Assembly (NCBI GenBank): GCA_965659285.1
Contig: CBFHWB010000004.1
Span: 1 to 59,753 of the forward strand
Direction: 5' to 3'
DNA: 59,753 nucleotides
Origin: Planctomycetota bacterium
GTDB lineage: Bacteria > Planctomycetota > UBA8108
The notes under the pieces were generated by a model. The model ran no database searches. It worked only from the letters and a program-made list of their open reading frames with translations, and was not told where the DNA came from. Below are positions 49,891 through 59,753 of the stretch, one piece after another. The number at the start of each line of letters is the position of its first letter. Position 1 is the first letter of the stretch. The translations under genes and the position numbers were made by a program.

Positions 49891-50472
49891 TCAGTTTCCG
49901 GAGACGAATTGGACCAGCACGACCTTGACGTTGTACCAGGCCGGGTAGAGTGTACGTGCCTGGTCCGCGGGGAAGTTCCTGTCCAGGGTTTTCTTGTCTG
50001 GCTTTGGGTAGACAAGGCTCTGTCCATTTTTGTAGGAGACCAGGATGAAGGGCTGGTTGTCCGGAGGCTTGTCGCCGGGCCTGTTAGGCAGCTTGAAGAG
50101 GCCGGCGTTTTCCAATTGGCCGATCATGCTTCCGAAGGAATCCTTGGTGAGGTTGGTGATCGGTATCGAGTTGGAGAGCTTCAGGTTGCGCAGAGCGCGC
50201 TGTCTCCAGGTCGCCTTCGCTTTCGAGCGCGAGGGTGACCCATTCCTGGAAGACTTCCCCCTGATCCCGGATGAAACCTCCACCGTCGAAGATCCATTCT
50301 CCCTGTCCGAGGTGAAGATGAAGGTCTGGGGAGGAAGCGTCTTTCCGGTTCGTGTTTTTGGCGCCGGGTCGTGAAAGAGAATGAGACCTTCTCTTTGCTG
50401 GGCGCCGCCGCAGCCGGCACAGAGGGCCAGCAGCGGCATCGCCAGCAGCTTCAGTTTTGCTGATCTTTTCAT
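49891..50472 (-). CDS. Hypothetical lipoprotein
   Basis: MKRSAKLKLLAMPLLALCAGC signal peptide with lipobox. Confidence 0.65.
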   Translation of the reverse strand: MKRSAKLKLLAMPLLALCAGCGGAQQREGLILFHDPAPKTRTGKTLPPQTFIFTSDRENGSSTVEVSSGIRGKSSRNGSPSRSKAKATWRQRALRNLKLSNSIPITNLTKDSFGSMIGQLENAGLFKLPNRPGDKPPDNQPFILVSYKNGQSLVYPKPDKKTLDRNFPADQARTLYPAWYNVKVVLVQFVSGN

Positions 50473-50547
50473 TGGGGGTCTATCCGCGGAATATCGATCC
50501 TGGTCAATGAGAGGCTTCAACCTCCCGGCCTGGAGTCCGTCTTCCGC

Positions 50548-51522
50548 CTAGCGGCAGCGGATCAACAACTCGGGATCGGTCTCCAGCCTGCTTCTGAGAT
50601 CCACAGTGTCTTCAAGAAAGCGCCTCGCGTCCAATACGTATCCGGCCGTCGGCTTGAGTTTTTCTTCGTAGCCTTTCCAGTACTGGTTGAAAACCAGCAT
50701 ATGAAGCTCACGGAGGTATTTTGCCAGCATCGAGGCCAGGGCGACGCAGAGGTTCTTCTCTTCGGACCCCTTCGCAAAGCTCACGCGGAATTCGGGGGCG
50801 CTTTTCCTCTCCCGGGAGAGCCGGTAGCTGGAGAGCTCCTGGTTCTGTTCGTCGATCTGGATTCCTCTCGGGGAGATCGAGTTGAACAGCAGGCGGGAAT
50901 ATCGTGTTCTTCCACCCTGGCGGTCAATCATTACGTCGACCTGCTCATCGGGGAATTGTCTCCAGACGCGTTTCAGCAGGCTTCCCACCGCCTTGAAGCT
51001 GACCTTCGATTTATTGTCATACTCTGAGATCCCCCGGTTGAATTCGACCACCTCCATGGGAATGGCGGCCAGGCCGAGCAACTCGATGCCGGCCTCCTCC
51101 ATCTTTTTTCGCAGCTGCGTACGGCGCTTTTCGAGCAACCCCGAGAAGCTGTCGACCGGCAGCTTGAGGTTCTGGTCCGCGTACCAGGGGTAATCATCGA
51201 GGTAGGCATCGGCATTCGTCTCGCCCCTGCGAGCCACCTGCCGCAGGAGGGAGCGAAGGTCTCGGGGTACCTCTCCGTAGCGCGCGGCCACGAACGGCAG
51301 GAGACCCTCCTCGAGGCTCTGCAGCCCCTTTCGTCGCTTGTAGATCTTCTTGGAGTCGTTAACCGCGATGCAGCCGTCGGCGGGTTTGCGCGCGACGAGT
51401 GGGGCTAATTGCTCCCACAGGCTGGCATCAGCGTTTTCGGGAATCCTGAAAACGCTCGCGCAAATAACCAGGGGGCCCAGCATGGGTCCGTAGCCCGCTT
51501 CGTCTATTCCGGCGATGATCAT
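50548..51522 (-). CDS. rnhB: Ribonuclease HII family protein
   Basis: AGIDEAGYGPMLGPL, DSKK, VALASMLAKYLRE, GY. Confidence 0.85.
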   Translation of the reverse strand: MIIAGIDEAGYGPMLGPLVICASVFRIPENADASLWEQLAPLVARKPADGCIAVNDSKKIYKRRKGLQSLEEGLLPFVAARYGEVPRDLRSLLRQVARRGETNADAYLDDYPWYADQNLKLPVDSFSGLLEKRRTQLRKKMEEAGIELLGLAAIPMEVVEFNRGISEYDNKSKVSFKAVGSLLKRVWRQFPDEQVDVMIDRQGGRTRYSRLLFNSISPRGIQIDEQNQELSSYRLSRERKSAPEFRVSFAKGSEEKNLCVALASMLAKYLRELHMLVFNQYWKGYEEKLKPTAGYVLDARRFLEDTVDLRSRLETDPELLIRCR

Positions 51523-51734
51523 GAAGAAAAGGTATGAAGGGGAAAAGTTCAAGGCAAGCACATTGTGACGAGGGGAGGATGGACCGGCGGTTCCCTTGCG
51601 GGGCATAATGTGGCGGTAGCGTCGAGTGCTTTCGCATTATAATCAGGCGTTGCGATTTCGCCCGCGGCCCGGTGCCGGGGTTCATTTCAAGAAGCGGGAA
51701 TCATCAATCGGTGCAGCTCTTTCCAGGAAACCTG

Positions 51735-54599
51735 ATGAATCATTTTGGTGTTTTTTTTACGGTCCTTTTACTCTCCGGGCCGGGACTGCTCGCGCAGGAT
51801 GAAAAACCGCGGGAGACCGAGGGGCAGGCTGCCGCGAAGCAGGCCGCCTCCAGTCTTCGCGGCGGAGACTACGAGAGCGCCAGGGAAGACTTCTCCTCCC
51901 TGCTGAAGGCGAGCCCCGGGGACGAGAGCCTGGCGCGCAGCCTTGCGCGGGCCTGGGCGGCTACCGGCGGTTATCAAGAGGCGCTTGATGTTCTCAAGGC
52001 CGCTGCGAAATGGGAATCGTCGACGAAGCTCCAGGCGGAGGCCGGGAAGATCTGTCTGCGTACGGGAAAACTTGATGCAGCGGAGAGCCTGTTCAGGAAG
52101 GCGATTGAGTTGGATGGCGGCAATGTCACGGCTCTGAACCGCCTGGGCGAGACGCTCAGTCAGCGCGGTCGGGGTAAGGAGGCGACGAAGATCTGGAATG
52201 ATGTGATCGACGTCTACCAGGAGCTCAGCTTTCAGCAGGCCGAGGAACTCGAGGCGGACGAGTTCGTGGAGATGGGCCTGGCTTTGATCCATCTCAACCG
52301 CTTCAAGGATGCCGACATGATCATGTTCCCCCAGGCCGAGGACCAGGATGCGAAGTGCCAGTCGCTGCTGGTGGAATGGGGGCGGATCTTCCAGGACAAG
52401 TTTAATTATCCAGATGCCAGGAAATCCTTCCGCGAGGCGCTCGAGGAGAATCCTTCCTTTGCCGATGGCCTGGTTGCGCTGGCTGAAAATTACCTGGAGG
52501 ATTTCCAGGTCGGCAGTGGGCGCTACTCCATGGCTCAGAAGCAGCTTGAAAAAGCGTTGTCTGTAAATCCTGAGCATCCCGGCGCTCACAAGGCGCTGGG
52601 CAGCCTCTGGCTGTCCGATGGGAACCTTCCGAAGGCCGGAAAGAGCTTTCGACGCAGCCTGGCCATCAATCCGGTCAACCTCGAGGCGAGGGGGCTGCTG
52701 GCGGCCTGTTTCTTCCTTGATGGGGACGAGGAATCCTTCGCGAAGCATGAGAAGGCTACCCTTGAGCTGAACGGCGAGTGCGCGGAGTTCTACCATACGA
52801 TCGCCAGGGCGATCGAGAGTCGGTTTCGCTACCAGGATGCCGCGAGTATGAGCGAGAAGGCCCTGGCGGTAGACCCCGACTACTGGCCGGCCTTTCACAC
52901 CCTGGGCATCAATCTCCTGCGCATGGGTCAGGAGGAGAAGGCGCGCTTCTACCTGGAAAAGTCACGGGAAAAGGATCCCTACAATATCTATGTATTCAAT
53001 ACGCGTGAGCTTCTCAAGTACATGGACCGGAAGCACCGCGTACTCAATCGCGGCAAGTTCGTCCTCAAGCTGCCCAAGGCTGACTACGAGATCCTGAAGA
53101 CGTACCTGGTCCCTCTGCTCGAAGAGGCCTACGAGAAGCTCCAGAAGCGCTACCAGGTCGAGCTCGAGCCTCCTGTCTATATCGAGGTGTTCTCTGAGCA
53201 TAAGTGGTTTTCAGCCCGCATTGTCGGGCTTGCGGGTTTTCCAGCTACCGGGGCGTGCTTTGGAAATCTCGTAGCGCTGACGACTCCCAAGGCGCTGCCG
53301 CAAAATTGGGGGGTGGTGGCCTGGCATGAGTTCGCTCATGTGATTACGCTGCATGCGACGCATCACCATGTTCCCCGGTGGCTTACCGAGGGTCTGAGTG
53401 TTTTTGAGGAAGGAAGCGAGTACCCGTTCTGGACGCGGCGTTTCGAGGTCGAACTCGGCAGCGCCTACGCTTCCGGACGGCTGCTGACTCTCGCCGAGCT
53501 GGATTTCGGCTTCTCAAAACCCAAGTACCCGATGCAGGTTCTGATGTCCTACTACCAGGGCTGCATGGTCGTTCGTTACATCACCCAGCGCTGGAGCTTC
53601 GAAAAGATTCTCGATGTTCTCAATGGGTATAAGGAGAACAAGACGACTAGGCAGATTTTTCGCGAGGTCTTCAAGCTGGAGCTTGAGGAGTTTGACAAGG
53701 GGTTCTTCAAATATCTCGACGACTGGGTTAAGTCCAACGGCCTGGTTCCCCTTGTGGTGGAGGAGAGCCTGGCTGATGAGTTGCAGCTTGATCTCGAGGA
53801 TGATCCGGGGAACATCGAGAAGCTTCTCCAATTGGCCTGGGTCTATTACTGCGGCGGGGTCGAGGTTGATGTGCATCTCACCATCGGGAAGGTGCTGAAA
53901 CTCGATCCGGACAATGCAGATGCCCTTGCGATTCTCGGTTTGCAGAATCTGCGGGAAGGTAAGACGGCCTCGAGCCGGAAGGATCTCCTCAAGGCCCTGG
54001 AGGGCAAGACACGCTACGGCTTCCGGACCAACGAGGCGCTTGGAAATATCGCTTTCAAAAAGGGCGAGAAGGAAGAAGCCGTTGAATACCTCGAGCGGGC
54101 CCGGGAAATCTCTCCACGCGCGGGAGCCCTGCAGGGGCGGACCAACATCTACTCTCGCCTGGTCTCTCATTACATGGAGAGCGGTGATGAAGGGAAGATG
54201 ATCGAGCGCCTGGAGCAGTGGCGTCAGATCTCTCCGGAGGATCTTCGCTCCCGCCTGGCGCTCGGCAAGATTTACCTCGGCAAGGGAGACAAGGAGTCGA
54301 CCGCGAAGGCGGTCAAGGTGCTCGATGAGGTGATCTTCATCAATCCTTTCGATCTGAAGCTTCACAAGGAACTGGCTCGTGCCGCCAGCAGCAGCGGAGC
54401 GCACGAGATCGCCATCAGGGAATACAAGCTGCTGTTGACCTACCCCGAGACCAATCCCAGGACAGCCTACCTGGCGCTGGCGAAGGCCTACCTCGGCCTT
54501 GGGGACAAGAAAGAGGCCGCCTCCTTCGCCCGCAAGGTGCTGGGGATCGATGGCGAAAACGCCGAGGCTGAAAAGATCCTCGAGCAGAGCGAGGAGTGA
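51735..54599 (+). CDS. Secreted TPR-repeat protein with central peptidase MA-like (gluzincin) domain
   Basis: Signal peptide, many TPRs, WHEFAHV...PRWLTEGLSVFEE. Confidence 0.82.
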   Translation: MNHFGVFFTVLLLSGPGLLAQDEKPRETEGQAAAKQAASSLRGGDYESAREDFSSLLKASPGDESLARSLARAWAATGGYQEALDVLKAAAKWESSTKLQAEAGKICLRTGKLDAAESLFRKAIELDGGNVTALNRLGETLSQRGRGKEATKIWNDVIDVYQELSFQQAEELEADEFVEMGLALIHLNRFKDADMIMFPQAEDQDAKCQSLLVEWGRIFQDKFNYPDARKSFREALEENPSFADGLVALAENYLEDFQVGSGRYSMAQKQLEKALSVNPEHPGAHKALGSLWLSDGNLPKAGKSFRRSLAINPVNLEARGLLAACFFLDGDEESFAKHEKATLELNGECAEFYHTIARAIESRFRYQDAASMSEKALAVDPDYWPAFHTLGINLLRMGQEEKARFYLEKSREKDPYNIYVFNTRELLKYMDRKHRVLNRGKFVLKLPKADYEILKTYLVPLLEEAYEKLQKRYQVELEPPVYIEVFSEHKWFSARIVGLAGFPATGACFGNLVALTTPKALPQNWGVVAWHEFAHVITLHATHHHVPRWLTEGLSVFEEGSEYPFWTRRFEVELGSAYASGRLLTLAELDFGFSKPKYPMQVLMSYYQGCMVVRYITQRWSFEKILDVLNGYKENKTTRQIFREVFKLELEEFDKGFFKYLDDWVKSNGLVPLVVEESLADELQLDLEDDPGNIEKLLQLAWVYYCGGVEVDVHLTIGKVLKLDPDNADALAILGLQNLREGKTASSRKDLLKALEGKTRYGFRTNEALGNIAFKKGEKEEAVEYLERAREISPRAGALQGRTNIYSRLVSHYMESGDEGKMIERLEQWRQISPEDLRSRLALGKIYLGKGDKESTAKAVKVLDEVIFINPFDLKLHKELARAASSSGAHEIAIREYKLLLTYPETNPRTAYLALAKAYLGLGDKKEAASFARKVLGIDGENAEAEKILEQSEE

Positions 54600-54608
54600 G
54601 AGGGCGAA

Positions 54609-57560
54609 TCAGCTCGTTCGCAGGAAGCTGCCGCTGAGGATCACCTCCCTGATAAGAGACCTCAACTTGAAGTCCTCTTTCTCAGCCTTCTCGACAATGG
54701 CGTCGACGGTGAGCGAATCTGCCGGCTCGAGCTCCCTGGACAAGGCGAATCTCAGCAGGTGGGCCGTAAAGGCCCGGGCAAAACGCCGCTCCTCTTTGAC
54801 CAGGGCTTCCTTGAACCGGACAATCCCGTCAAATTCGTATTTCTTCAGCAGCTTGCCGCTGGGGTCAACTTTCCTGCCGTTTTCATACTTATCCCGCCAG
54901 CGTCCGGTGATGTCGAAGTTCTCGAGAGCGAATCCCAGGGGATCGAGTCGTGAATGACAACCGGCGCAATCCGGGTTCTCCCTGTGCTTGGCGAATTTCT
55001 CCCTGATGGTCAGGTTCTCCGGGCCATCATCTTCATTCAGGGGCGGTACATCATTGGGCGGTGGCGGTGGCGGATCATTGAGGATCACCTCGATAATCCA
55101 GGCGCCGCGGGCGATGGGGTGGGTGCGCCTGGGGCCGGAGGTCATGCTGAGCATCGCGGCGCTGGTGATCACTCCTCCATAGCGTGGATCCTTCGCCGCC
55201 ACGCGCTGGAAGGTTCTCGAGCGCAGCTTGTTGCGGATCTCATCATCGAACCGGCGTTGGGCATCCTGCTGGGGCTTGCGCAGGTCATGGTCCTTGGGAA
55301 CCCTCTTCAGGGCGACCTCTGTTTTCTCGATCGTCCGGTTCAACTCATCTCTCTTCTTTTTCTCCTCCGCTGTGAGCGCCTTCTCGAGATCCTTGTCGGA
55401 AATATAGAGATGGGTGCCGGAGTTCGATGCGGCGACCTCTTCCGCGGTCAGGGCGCGGTCATAGAGACGGGCCTTGTCGATGCTGACGGAGAGGTACCTG
55501 TTACCGTTGGCTGGAAGGTGGCGCGCGCCAAAGATGATCGAGCTCCTGTTCTTCGGAAAGGTCGCCCGGCCCTTGCGGAAGGGCTTGCCGTAGGGCTTTC
55601 CGTTGCGGTAGAGCAAGGTGTCGCCATTGGCCTGGTAGACCATGGCCAGGTGCAGCAGCTGGTTGGGTTTCTCCTCCGCGGTGGAGCCGGCGAAGTCCAG
55701 GGTACGATTGAAACGATCGCTTCCGGATATCCAGTGCCGGGGCTGCCTCTCACCAAGAACGATGGTGTCAAAGAAGTCACCAGGTCCCTGGGTTCCCATC
55801 ACTCCTCCACCTCTCTGGTTCACATCAGGAATCTTGAACCAGACCTCGAGGGTCTTCGCTCTCAAATCGATGGGCAGGTTCGCGCTCTGCAGGTAGGACT
55901 TGTTGAGGACGACCATGCCGTCCTTGTGCTCGATCTTGCCGTGTGATTCCAGGTGGAGGGAATTGAGGGAACACTTCAGGTCACCGTTAAACTCCCAGGC
56001 CGCGTAGGGCTTCAGATCGACAGGTTTCTTCGAGCCGGTCTCGGTCTTACGTTCGGCAAGAAGCCTCTGCCGCACCGGCGTGATCAACGCGTCCAGGTCG
56101 GAACGGGCAGTCTTGATGGCCGCCGCAAGATCCTTTCGCTGCTTTCCCCAGGCCCGGTTCTGTTCGGCTCGCTGGCTGTTATCGATCTTCGGAACCTTCA
56201 GATCGGAGGTGTACCAGGTTTTGAGGAAATCACTCTGGTAGCTGAAGTCCGGTGAGATGAGCTCGATAACCGACCGGTTCTCGATGAATACCGTATCAAA
56301 GAGCAGCAGTGGCTCGAGCACCATCTGCAGGCTGGCCGGGTTGTTCTTATCCAGGGTGAAGAGTCGATGCTTCTTCGGGTCCGGCGTCACCGCCAGGAGG
56401 TTCTCCAGCTGCATCCACTGCGCCGGGAAGGTGTCGAGGAATCGTTCGATCTTCGGATCGGCAAGCATCCTCTCCATGGTTTTCCGCAGGGTCGCGGGAT
56501 CGGCCAGCTTGCCGCTTTCCGCCAGGCTCAACAGCTCCGCGTCCGGGCTGCTGCCCCAGAGAAAAAAGGACAGGTTGGAGGCCAGCTCAAGCTGGTCGGC
56601 TCCGCCCTTTTCAGGGCTGTAGCGGTAGAGGAACAGGGGAGATGAAAGCGCCGCCGATGCGACCTTCTTCATCGCGTCGGTAAAGGCCACTCCATTCCGG
56701 ATCTTTGCAAGGCCGTAGCTCGCGTACCTCGACAGGGTCTTGCCATCAACCGCGCCACGGAAGGCGCTCTTGAGGAAAGGCTCCAGTCGCTTGCTGACTT
56801 CCTCCTCCATCGGGGTACCCGCGGGAGGCTCCTTAAAGAGCTCGTTCCAGACCCCGACATTCTCCTGGTTAAAATCAGGGCTCTCGAGAATTGAAACACT
56901 GAGCCTCAGGAAAGCATCGAGGAGCAGAGGGGAGAGAGTCAGCTGGTTGGCCTGGTTGTCAAAGCCGTGCGCGGCGCGAAGGTCCTTGGGACAGGCGGCG
57001 ACATCTTTGAATCCACCCTGGTCGACAAGCGAGAGGCAGGCGACCTCCACCTTTTCCGGCATCTTGCCGTCGCCTTGAGCGAGGTAGTTCCCCTGGCGGG
57101 TCATCAGCTTCTCAGGCAGGCCGAAAATATCTTTCTTCAGCTTGAACAGATCCCGGATCGAGTTGTTGTACTGGAAGCGGTTCAGGCGCCTGACCCGGGC
57201 TCTCCCCGCCTTCTTTCCGGAGGTCGAGCGCGCCAGCATCTCCTTCAGCGCGGCCAGGAGCTTCGGGCGATCCCCGACCTCGAGCCCGGGCTCATCGTCT
57301 GGCGGCATGTCGGTGCCATCGATGACCTCGATCAATTCCTTGATCAGCTTCGGCCTGGCCAGGAAGTCCTTCTCGGTCAGGATTTCCTTGAGGTTGACCT
57401 TCCCCTTGATCTTCTTCCCGCCGCCATGGCACTTGAAGCATTTGGCCGCAAAAAGAGGCTTCAGAAAGCTGTCAAAGTCCCCGGCCGCCTGGATCTTCTC
57501 CATACCGCCAAGGACTATAAGCAGGAGGAAACCGCAACAGATACGCTTGATTGCTTGCAT
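54609..57560 (-). CDS. Planctomycete cytochrome c/DUF1592-DUF1588-DUF1585 protein with inserted LamG-like domain
   Basis: CFKCH and CAGCH heme motifs; RRLNRFQYNNSI, LASNLSFFLWGSSPD, HPIARGAWI, DPLGFALENFD; LamG-like insert ending IDKARLYDRALT. Confidence 0.88.
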   Translation of the reverse strand: MQAIKRICCGFLLLIVLGGMEKIQAAGDFDSFLKPLFAAKCFKCHGGGKKIKGKVNLKEILTEKDFLARPKLIKELIEVIDGTDMPPDDEPGLEVGDRPKLLAALKEMLARSTSGKKAGRARVRRLNRFQYNNSIRDLFKLKKDIFGLPEKLMTRQGNYLAQGDGKMPEKVEVACLSLVDQGGFKDVAACPKDLRAAHGFDNQANQLTLSPLLLDAFLRLSVSILESPDFNQENVGVWNELFKEPPAGTPMEEEVSKRLEPFLKSAFRGAVDGKTLSRYASYGLAKIRNGVAFTDAMKKVASAALSSPLFLYRYSPEKGGADQLELASNLSFFLWGSSPDAELLSLAESGKLADPATLRKTMERMLADPKIERFLDTFPAQWMQLENLLAVTPDPKKHRLFTLDKNNPASLQMVLEPLLLFDTVFIENRSVIELISPDFSYQSDFLKTWYTSDLKVPKIDNSQRAEQNRAWGKQRKDLAAAIKTARSDLDALITPVRQRLLAERKTETGSKKPVDLKPYAAWEFNGDLKCSLNSLHLESHGKIEHKDGMVVLNKSYLQSANLPIDLRAKTLEVWFKIPDVNQRGGGVMGTQGPGDFFDTIVLGERQPRHWISGSDRFNRTLDFAGSTAEEKPNQLLHLAMVYQANGDTLLYRNGKPYGKPFRKGRATFPKNRSSIIFGARHLPANGNRYLSVSIDKARLYDRALTAEEVAASNSGTHLYISDKDLEKALTAEEKKKRDELNRTIEKTEVALKRVPKDHDLRKPQQDAQRRFDDEIRNKLRSRTFQRVAAKDPRYGGVITSAAMLSMTSGPRRTHPIARGAWIIEVILNDPPPPPPNDVPPLNEDDGPENLTIREKFAKHRENPDCAGCHSRLDPLGFALENFDITGRWRDKYENGRKVDPSGKLLKKYEFDGIVRFKEALVKEERRFARAFTAHLLRFALSRELEPADSLTVDAIVEKAEKEDFKLRSLIREVILSGSFLRTS

Positions 57561-57568
57561 GGACGACC

Positions 57569-58936
57569 TCAGGTCCACATGTCTGAGATGAGGCCCGTGC
57601 TGTCGGCAAAGGAATCGATCTCCAGTCCCATGAGCTGCGCGATCGACAGCCACATGTTGGAGTTGAGGGTGCCGCTCTTACACCTGATAAAGCGCCCTTG
57701 CTTGACCTGGCCCTGCGCCTTGCCGCCAACGATCAGCGGCAGGTCAAAGTACTGGTGCGTGGCTCCATCGCCGAGGGCGGCGCCGTAGGTGACAACCGAG
57801 TTGTCCAGCATGGAGCTGCCGTCAGACTCCCTGACCTCTTTCATCCGCGAGAGGATATAGGCGTATTGCTCCATGTGGAAGATGTCGATCTTCTGTACCT
57901 CTTTATAGCCATTGCCCTTCTGGTTGTGGGTCATGTTGTGATGCTGAACAGGCTTGTCGAAAACGCCTTCATACATCAGCGTGGCATCCCATCTCTCAGG
58001 ACCGACCATGAACGTGCAGATATTGGTAAGCCCCATCTGGAAAGCGAGGATCATCAGGTCCGCCTGCAGCCGGATGTACTCGCCCCGGGGCAGGATCTCA
58101 TCGACAGGCTTCTTGAGATTGGAGTTGGTGATCATCTTCTGCATCTTCGAGATCCGGATCTCGATATCGCGAACCATGCCCATGAACTCATCGAGTGTTC
58201 GCTGGTCATTGCGCCCGAGCTTCTTCGACAGGCTCTTGGCATCGGCCAGCACCAGGCTGGTAACGTCTTCGAGGTGTTCCCGGTAGCTGCTGTCCGCCAT
58301 GAACAGCCTCTCATAGAGCTTCTTGGGATCTTTGATGGAAGGGGCGATCTTGCCCGGCCCGTACCAGGAGATGTTGTTGAAATAAATGTCCTCTTTGCCG
58401 GCCTTGAAGCCGTTACAACTGATCTCCAGGGTCTTGAAGGGGGTTGAGAGACCTATCTTGTCTCCGATCACCTGGTCCAGGCTTCTTCCGTTTGGATGCC
58501 GAATTCCCTTTTCGGCGGCCTGGACTGGAGAGAGACTTGTCAGGTAGCAGGAGGCGCCCTGGGCGTGGACGTCCTGGCCATTCTTGAAGGTCCGGTCAAG
58601 GCCCGTGAACAGGGTGACATCCTTTGTATGTTCGGCCAGGGGCTGCATGGTAGAGGTCAGCTCCAGGGGGTAGATGCCCGGCTTGTTCTGAACCCTCTTC
58701 TTGTTCTTGAACTTGTCAGCGTTGAAACCGCCGACAAAACCGGGCAACACTCCGTCCTCTTCACCCGGGAAGAAACAACGGCGTACAATTCCGTTGGGGA
58801 CGTACATGACCACCAGTTTCTTGGAAGGTTTTTCTTTCGGGGCTTCAGCTCCACTCAAATCGGGGATCGAATGCAAAAACGGCAAGGTGAGCATAGCTCC
58901 CTTGGTTTTCAGGAACTTTCTTCTGGATACCTTCAT
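57569..58936 (-). CDS. DUF1552 (HXXSHH) family Tat-exported protein
   Basis: SRRKFLK Tat motif; YVPNG, SLDQVI, HHNMTH, DGSSMLDNS, FADSTG; canonical partner of DUF1592 genes. Confidence 0.9.
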   Translation of the reverse strand: MKVSRRKFLKTKGAMLTLPFLHSIPDLSGAEAPKEKPSKKLVVMYVPNGIVRRCFFPGEEDGVLPGFVGGFNADKFKNKKRVQNKPGIYPLELTSTMQPLAEHTKDVTLFTGLDRTFKNGQDVHAQGASCYLTSLSPVQAAEKGIRHPNGRSLDQVIGDKIGLSTPFKTLEISCNGFKAGKEDIYFNNISWYGPGKIAPSIKDPKKLYERLFMADSSYREHLEDVTSLVLADAKSLSKKLGRNDQRTLDEFMGMVRDIEIRISKMQKMITNSNLKKPVDEILPRGEYIRLQADLMILAFQMGLTNICTFMVGPERWDATLMYEGVFDKPVQHHNMTHNQKGNGYKEVQKIDIFHMEQYAYILSRMKEVRESDGSSMLDNSVVTYGAALGDGATHQYFDLPLIVGGKAQGQVKQGRFIRCKSGTLNSNMWLSIAQLMGLEIDSFADSTGLISDMWT

Positions 58937-59308
58937 CGGATTTCATCCCTGCATGGATTGTGCTTTGGAAAAAACATCTTCTTCACGTTGCCGCGCTCGC
59001 TATTTCTATGCACCAACTCGATGAGCCTGCAAAGGTTCGGCTCCACCTGCAACCAGATTAGAAGGGGGAGTCGATTTAGGGAAGAACAAAGCTTTTACGA
59101 AGAGACAACTTCCCCTGGCTCCAGCGCCCCTGTTTTCTTTTCACCTGGGATCCGGCGCCCTGCAACGGCTCTCGCCATCTCACCGGGCTGAAGTTCACTG
59201 CGACCCGAATTTTTTCCCTGAGGGCGGCAGGATCAAAGTGAGCGGGTGAGGCGGGAGTCGGATCCTGCGGAGGTTTTTCGCCAACGGCTTGTAAAGGCTT
59301 CTGAACGC

Positions 59309-59355
59309 AAATACACAAAAGTGTATTTATGTAATACAGACAAATTCAGACAAAT
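59309..59355. promoter_or_regulatory. Palindromic operator-like site plus tandem direct repeat
   Basis: AAATACAC-AAAA-GTGTATTT (59309-59328) and CAGACAAAT twice with a 10-bp period (59337-59355), in AT-rich non-coding DNA. Confidence 0.4.
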
Positions 59356-59753
59356 GGCCACCTGTATAACTGTAAGTTGTTTAAAATAAGTGACTTAAGA
59401 TTTTCCTGCCCCGTGGTATGCGGGTTGCTTTTTATCTCCTGTTTCAGCGACTGTTTTTCGCTGATGATTTTCGGAACATGCAGAGAGGATTCAGGACTCA
59501 GTAGTCCTTTGTTAAGACTGCTAAACTATCAGGTCAAATACACTTCAGGTATTTTTGCGGAGAACCTTGAGCGGACTGGGAATGATTTCTTGAAACTCAT
59601 GATCTGCTGCAGGTTTCGCCAACTGAATACCGAAAAGAACAGGATGGGTCCGATTGTTTTCCCAGGCTGACTTTCCCGGGGAATTCCATAACGGTCGGCT
59701 TAATTAATAACTCGATCAGAAAAACAGGATCGAGGGTAACCGCCCGTGGGGGG

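Noticed and set aside
59377-59670. 97-aa ORF in the AT-rich terminal region
   Set aside because: TTG start without an RBS, atypical codon usage, no motifs.

Overview
A ~60 kb, GC-rich bacterial chromosomal window made mostly of core genes. It is probably from Planctomycetota, inferred from the DUF1552 plus DUF1592/PSCyt gene pair, an ASPIC/UnbV protein, a DUF1570-like peptidase and many secreted TPR proteins. It contains a complete F1Fo ATP synthase operon (atpZ/I-B-E-F-H-A-G-D-C), metF, a JAB-domain DinG helicase, pyk, an E2 acyltransferase, an Aas-type lipid recycling fusion, kdgK, HU, priA and an RNase HII. Selenocysteine machinery is present (tRNA-Sec with UCA anticodon, selA). A tightly packed methyltransferase-bshC-bshB1-bshA-priA operon looks like an N-methyl-bacillithiol pathway. 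I saw no integrase, transposase, CRISPR array or rRNA. The most notable observations are: that thiol operon; a ~330 nt hairpin-dense intergenic region after metF with partial c-di-AMP-riboswitch-like motifs; two apparent pseudo-enzymes (a HEAT plus alpha/beta-hydrolase fold lacking Ser and His, and an AhpC/TSA fold lacking both Cys); two free-standing tRNA-editing domains; and acidic tails on HU and AtpA. All family assignments come from motif recognition by eye, not from database searches.
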